Source: Oscillospiraceae bacterium (GTDB taxonomy: Bacteria > Bacillota > Clostridia > Oscillospirales > Oscillospiraceae). Taken from it: a stretch of 50,956 bases of DNA. The notes under the pieces are model-generated. The model had not been told where the DNA came from, ran no database searches, and saw only the letters and a program-made list of their open reading frames with translations. Position 1 is the first letter of the stretch, and each line of letters starts with the position of its first letter. Position numbers and translations under genes: made by a program. This document shows, piece after piece, positions 46,895 through 50,956 of this stretch. The stretch is from the NCBI GenBank assembly GCA_017938835.1, contig JAGBAT010000001.1, forward strand, positions 1 to 50,956, written 5' to 3'.

Positions 46895-47410
46895 TTATCC
46901 AAAGAACTTATAGACGAGATCTTCCTTATCCCGTCTGGTGTTGTAACTGCCTGCATAATAGCCCGCGTCGTAAAGATTGTTCTGTTCGTTGCAAAGATGC
47001 CGCTCACAGATACGCCATTGACCGTCCTCGCACTTGGTCCAGCGATCGATGTAACGGGCGTGAATTGTGAGGATTTTCCGTTTGCCGGGCTTTGCACCCA
47101 GCGCACCGGGACATCCGAAGAGATTGATGATGCCATAGGTTTCGCTGACTGCCTCAGTATCGCTCTTAAATCGAATGATACAGTCGGTATACTGATGAGA
47201 TGTATAGTCATAGTATTTCCGATGGGTGTTTTCTGCCCACTGACAGAAGCCCCGGGCATTTCCCTGATAATCCGGAGGATAATCCATGCTACTATCGACG
47301 GTGAAAATTTCATCGCACAGATCATTGTCGCAGCGATCCATACAGCGGCTGTACAGGTAAATCTTTTCACGCATCTGGTCCTTTGCCAGCAACATCTCAA
47401 TATCAGTCAT
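46895..47410 (-). CDS. SnoaL-like / NTF2-fold family protein
   Basis: The pattern of an N-terminal helix (DQMREKIYLYSRCMDRCD) and C-terminal DRWTKCEDGQWRICER resembles SnoaL_4 proteins. Confidence 0.6.
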   Translation of the reverse strand: MTDIEMLLAKDQMREKIYLYSRCMDRCDNDLCDEIFTVDSSMDYPPDYQGNARGFCQWAENTHRKYYDYTSHQYTDCIIRFKSDTEAVSETYGIINLFGCPGALGAKPGKRKILTIHARYIDRWTKCEDGQWRICERHLCNEQNNLYDAGYYAGSYNTRRDKEDLVYKFFG

Positions 47411-47516
47411 GTGGTTGTGCCCCTTTTTCCGGATTTACTGCAATTATACATGGGGACAAAATGAAAAACAAGAGCAGAGGGGCAGAACCGGAGCTAAGGA
47501 AATGTCACTGCAAGGC

Positions 47517-47876
47517 TCAGTAAGATCCGCTTTCGGTATAGGTGTATTTTACGGCGGGAGCACCGCCTTCGTCCACGGACACTACCTGCATAATGCCATT
47601 GTAGGAGTTCAGCAGAGTATGGCACAGCTGCGCTTCGTCGATTTCTGTGTGCTTGATGCAAAGGACCGGCACAATGGTGAATGGGGGAGCTTCATCAGTG
47701 CGGGTGATCTCATCGGCGGCGCGGGTGACGGCTTCGGTGCAGCGGAGCACGGTTTCGGGGTCATAGACACCAGACATAGCTTTCCCGTCAATGATGATGC
47801 GGTATCCCGGTTGGAACACACAAGAGATAAACAGCAGTGCGCAGACGGCACAGAGGACGATTCGGATGGTTTTCAT
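47517..47876 (-). CDS. Small secreted or lipoprotein of unknown function (119 aa)
   Basis: Signal peptide MKTIRIVLCAVCALLFISC. AAAGGAGG RBS before ATG 47876; the track ORF is longer. Confidence 0.6.
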   Translation of the reverse strand: MKTIRIVLCAVCALLFISCVFQPGYRIIIDGKAMSGVYDPETVLRCTEAVTRAADEITRTDEAPPFTIVPVLCIKHTEIDEAQLCHTLLNSYNGIMQVVSVDEGGAPAVKYTYTESGSY

Positions 47877-47985
47877 GGCAGCCTCCTTTGTCGATAAAAT
47901 GGGGGAAACTATTTCCCCGCAGCGGACAAGATATGAAACTATTTTGCATATATTGGTAGAGAAATATACCTGAGGAGGCACAATT

Positions 47986-48270
47986 ATGGCATTTGAGGAA
48001 AAGGGAAAGCTGCCGGTAAAACCCCACCATGTAATTATGGAGGACCGTAGCAAATTATCCGTCACCGGTGTGGAGGATGTCATCAGCTTTGATGAAGCGG
48101 AGATCATTACCCGCACAGCCCAAGGCAATCTCATTATCCGCGGCACAGGGCTGCACATTGGCAAACTGACACTGGACAGCGGGGAAGTAAGCATCGACGG
48201 TCTGGTGCGGGAGCTGTGTTATGAGGAGACTGCTCCGGCTACTGGTTTCTGGGCGCGGCTGTTCGGCTGA
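47986..48270 (+). CDS. yabP: Sporulation protein YabP
   Basis: YabP-like sequence (LSVTGVEDVISFDEAEI, IRGTGLHI) and synteny with yabQ-divIC. Confidence 0.85.
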   Translation: MAFEEKGKLPVKPHHVIMEDRSKLSVTGVEDVISFDEAEIITRTAQGNLIIRGTGLHIGKLTLDSGEVSIDGLVRELCYEETAPATGFWARLFG

Positions 48271-48905
48271 TGGAAAATCCGGCGCAGCTGCAGCTGCAGC
48301 AGTGGCTCGTCTTTCTTTCGGCAGGAATTGCGCTGGGTGTGTTGTATGATGGATGCAGAGCAGTGCGGCGCTGTGGAGGCAGTGCCGCGCAGGCTCTGGC
48401 AGATTTTGTGTTTGTTTCCACCGCGGGGGTTAGCCTGTTTATACTGGCGATGCTTGTGGGAGAAGGGCAGCTGCGAATTTTTATGCTGGGGTCTGCCGTT
48501 CTGGGTGCAGCGGGGTATAGCTGCCTGTGCAGCCGGTTTGTGGTGCCGCTGCTATGCCGGGGCGTGCGTTCCATCCAGAAATTGGTACATTTTGTACGGA
48601 TACCGTTTCGCAGGGTGAAAAAATTTTTAAATCGTCGAAAAAATATCTTTCCAAAACGATTGTCTTGGAGTAAAATAAATGGGTATAGTTTTAAATTGCC
48701 ACAGTGTTTGCGTCGGTATGCCCATGGAAAGAGAGGGGCAACAGATGCACAGTCGGAAAATCGCGTGGATGACGGGCTTCGTGCTCACGACGATGATCGT
48801 GTACGCCGTGAGCAATATTATACTGGTGCGCAGCCGCTTGATCCAGGCAGACGCCTGGCGGGAGGAGCTGACTCAGCAGACCACAGCACTTCAACGGGAG
48901 AATGA
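48270..48905 (+). CDS. yabQ: Spore cortex biosynthesis protein YabQ-like membrane protein; the 3-prime part overlaps the next gene
   Basis: Three N-terminal TM helices, position after yabP, and start coupled to the yabP stop. The last 50 or so codons overlap divIC in another frame. Confidence 0.65.
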   Translation: MENPAQLQLQQWLVFLSAGIALGVLYDGCRAVRRCGGSAAQALADFVFVSTAGVSLFILAMLVGEGQLRIFMLGSAVLGAAGYSCLCSRFVVPLLCRGVRSIQKLVHFVRIPFRRVKKFLNRRKNIFPKRLSWSKINGYSFKLPQCLRRYAHGKRGATDAQSENRVDDGLRAHDDDRVRREQYYTGAQPLDPGRRLAGGADSADHSTSTGE

Positions 48906-49023
48906 ACGTCTGATGCAGGAGATCTCTGCAGGGGCGACAGATGCTGTGATCGAACAAATCGCCAGGACACGTTTGGGGCTGGTGAAACCGGGAGAAATCA
49001 TTTTCAGCGATATCAATTCCTGA
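48745..49023 (+). CDS. divIC: Septum formation initiator family protein (DivIC/FtsB)
   Basis: A single TM helix, then a coiled coil and the conserved ARTRLGLVKPGE motif. GAGAGGGG RBS before ATG 48745. Confidence 0.8.
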   Translation: MHSRKIAWMTGFVLTTMIVYAVSNIILVRSRLIQADAWREELTQQTTALQRENERLMQEISAGATDAVIEQIARTRLGLVKPGEIIFSDINS

Positions 49024-49070
49024 TATCACAGGAAAGAGAATAAAAATAATCAGGGGGATAAAAGGCTTAT

Positions 49071-49586
49071 ATGGCTCTCGAAGTTGGAGAAGTTTTTGAA
49101 GGAAAAGTAACAGGTATCACCAAGTTTGGCGCATTCGTTGCGATGCCCGACGGCAAGAATGGTCTGGTACATATTTCTGAGATCGCAAACACCTATGTAA
49201 ATGACATCAATGAGTTTGTGAAAGAAGGTCAGGTTGTCAAAGTGCGTGTCATCGGCATCGGTGATGGCGGCAAGGTCAATCTGTCCATGAAACAGGCAGA
49301 GGCTCAGGCTCAACCCCGCCCCGCAAGACCTCGGTACAACAACCGTGACAATAACAACAGCCGAGAAGGCAGAGACAACAATGTAAATCAAAACGGCGGT
49401 GACCGTCCCCAGCGCAGGCCCGCTGCTCCCAATCGCAATGCTGCACCCCGCACCGGCGAAGTGAAAACCACTTCCGACAATGCAAGCTTTGAGGACATGA
49501 TGAAGCAGTTCATGCAGGAATCAGACAGCCGTATTGCGGGCAACAAGATGTATGCCGATCACAAGACCAGCCGCAGAAGAAGATAA
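49071..49586 (+). CDS. S1 domain RNA-binding protein (YabR-like) with a basic disordered tail
   Basis: S1 motif GKVTGITKFGAFV and position after divIC, as in Bacillus yabR. Confidence 0.85.
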   Translation: MALEVGEVFEGKVTGITKFGAFVAMPDGKNGLVHISEIANTYVNDINEFVKEGQVVKVRVIGIGDGGKVNLSMKQAEAQAQPRPARPRYNNRDNNNSREGRDNNVNQNGGDRPQRRPAAPNRNAAPRTGEVKTTSDNASFEDMMKQFMQESDSRIAGNKMYADHKTSRRRR

Positions 49587-49621
49587 GCTTTCTTCGGTTT
49601 GACAGAATCAGAAAACACAGA

Positions 49622-49657
49622 CCGCTGCGGACATACAATGTCCACAGCGGCTTTTCT
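49622..49657 (+). terminator. Intrinsic terminator after the S1 protein gene
   Basis: CCGCTGCGGACA-TACAA-TGTCCACAGCGG (one mismatch) followed by CTTTTCT. Confidence 0.75.
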
Positions 49658-49674
49658 ATTATGGAGGATTTACT

Positions 49675-50943
49675 ATGGATAAAAACAAATTTCTGGATGC
49701 CCTGATGGGCTTGCTGGCCATTGACAGTGTAGCACTGGTGGATATCGACGAAGCCCACCCCTACGGCAAGGCACCTGCGCAGGCGCTGGACTATGTGCTG
49801 AACCTGTGCGCGGAGCTGGGGATCCGCACCGTCAACCGCAACGGCAAGGTTGCATGGGCAGAGATCGGCGAGGGCGATGAGATCGTGGGCATTCTGGGTC
49901 ATTTGGATATTGTGCCTGTTGGCGATGGCTGGACGCATAATCCCTATGGTGAGGTCTGTGGGGAGCGTCTGTACGGCAGAGGCACTGTGGACGACAAGGG
50001 CCCCACGTTGGCGGCATTGTTTTCCATGAAGGACCTGCAGGATGCAGGCGTGAAGCTGAACCGCCGTGTGCGTCTGATCTTCGGTCAGTGCGAAGAAGTG
50101 GGCGACTGGGAAGATATGCAGTGGTACTGCGAGCATGAGGAAATGCCTGTGTTCGGCTTTACGCCCGATGCGGAATTTCCGGCAATCTACGGGGAAAAGG
50201 GCATCATGCGCTTCGAACTGAGCATGCCCGTGGCAGAAAGCGGCGTGGACAGTGCCGAGGGCGGCGACGCCGGCAATATGGTTGCCGGCTGGGCGCGTGC
50301 AACCGTTGGCGGTAAGGACTATGCCGTGGAAGGTGTCAGTGCGCACGCTTCCACGCCTGATAAGGGGGTCAACGCCATCAGCAAGCTTATGGAGACTCTG
50401 GCAGCAGCCGGCTGCAGTGGCAAGCTGGTGGAGTTCTACAATAAGCATGTTGGCTTTGATTACAACGGCGGAAAAATGGGCTGCGGCTTTGAGGATGAAC
50501 AGAGCGGCAAGCTGACCCTGAACGCAGGTACCCTCCGTACCGAGGGCAATACCATCAAACTGGTGCTGGACATCCGCTGCCCCGTGACCTACACCATCGA
50601 GCAGGTACAGGGGGCCATTGAAGCTGCCTGTGCGCCTTACGGTATTGCTGTGGAACTGACTGCGCAGAATAAGAGCATTTACATGGATAAAAACGGTCAG
50701 GTCATCCAGACCATGATGGGGGTTTACCGCGCAGTCACGGGAGATATGACCGAGCCTATGGTCATCGGCGGCGGCACATACGCCCGCGCTATGCCCGGCA
50801 TTGTGGCCTTTGGCCCCATGCAGCCCGGCAGAGAAGCGACCGAGCACCAGAAGAATGAATATATTCTACTGGAAGACCTGTATCAGGCACAGGAAATTTA
50901 CAGTATTACTATTGAAAAGCTGGCAAACCTGCAGCTGAATTGA
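49675..50943 (+). CDS. M20 family metallo-dipeptidase (PepV/Sapep-like)
   Basis: GHLDIVP and GRGTVDDKGP motifs and a C-terminal GGGTYAR motif. Confidence 0.85.
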   Translation: MDKNKFLDALMGLLAIDSVALVDIDEAHPYGKAPAQALDYVLNLCAELGIRTVNRNGKVAWAEIGEGDEIVGILGHLDIVPVGDGWTHNPYGEVCGERLYGRGTVDDKGPTLAALFSMKDLQDAGVKLNRRVRLIFGQCEEVGDWEDMQWYCEHEEMPVFGFTPDAEFPAIYGEKGIMRFELSMPVAESGVDSAEGGDAGNMVAGWARATVGGKDYAVEGVSAHASTPDKGVNAISKLMETLAAAGCSGKLVEFYNKHVGFDYNGGKMGCGFEDEQSGKLTLNAGTLRTEGNTIKLVLDIRCPVTYTIEQVQGAIEAACAPYGIAVELTAQNKSIYMDKNGQVIQTMMGVYRAVTGDMTEPMVIGGGTYARAMPGIVAFGPMQPGREATEHQKNEYILLEDLYQAQEIYSITIEKLANLQLN

Positions 50944-50956
50944 TTGAGATGATAAG

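Noticed and set aside
47930-47975. SigE-type sporulation promoter upstream of yabP (GCATATATT ... ATATACC).
   Set aside because: The spacing between the two candidate elements is only about 9 nt, too short for the SigE consensus as I remember it. I cannot support it without a matrix scan.

Overview
The window looks like ordinary chromosome from a Clostridia-type Firmicute. That assignment is inferred from a SCIFF peptide system, a yabP-yabQ-divIC-S1 cluster and an ecfA1-ecfA2-ecfT-truA operon. I can support about 49 protein-coding genes. Almost all are housekeeping or transport: comM/yifB, thiI, cinA, a GT2+GtrA pair, lepA, pta, tadA, mnmG, a five-gene Liv-type ABC system, a PF04392-type ABC system, a GntR-ABC operon, an OmpR/HK pair, a Clp ATPase, htrA and an M20 dipeptidase. 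I saw no rRNA, tRNA, CRISPR array, transposase, integrase or phage genes, and no obvious multi-gene defence island. Five items deserve a second look. (1) A 48-codon six-cysteine SCIFF precursor gene is missing from the ORF track because it is under 60 aa. It sits upstream of its radical SAM maturase, with an attenuator hairpin between them. The family is known but its function is not. (2) A family of orientation-specific, hairpin-rich, non-coding elements occupies the 3-prime intergenic regions of several genes. It includes a roughly 280-nt hairpin array bracketed by a perfect 29-nt direct repeat. (3) A roughly 280-nt non-coding stretch lies between two intrinsic terminators downstream of pta. 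(4) Three proteins have unusual architecture: a histidine kinase with a Trp/Cys-rich segment, an apparently circularly permuted orphan solute-binding protein, and a Clp ATPase with a zinc-ribbon N-terminus. (5) Two strong operator-like palindromes are present: a Rex/CRP-type box upstream of liv and a YtrA-type operator. All calls come from reading the sequence and translations by eye. No database search, folding or statistics could be run, so family names are recognitions from motifs and start codons are best guesses from RBS context.
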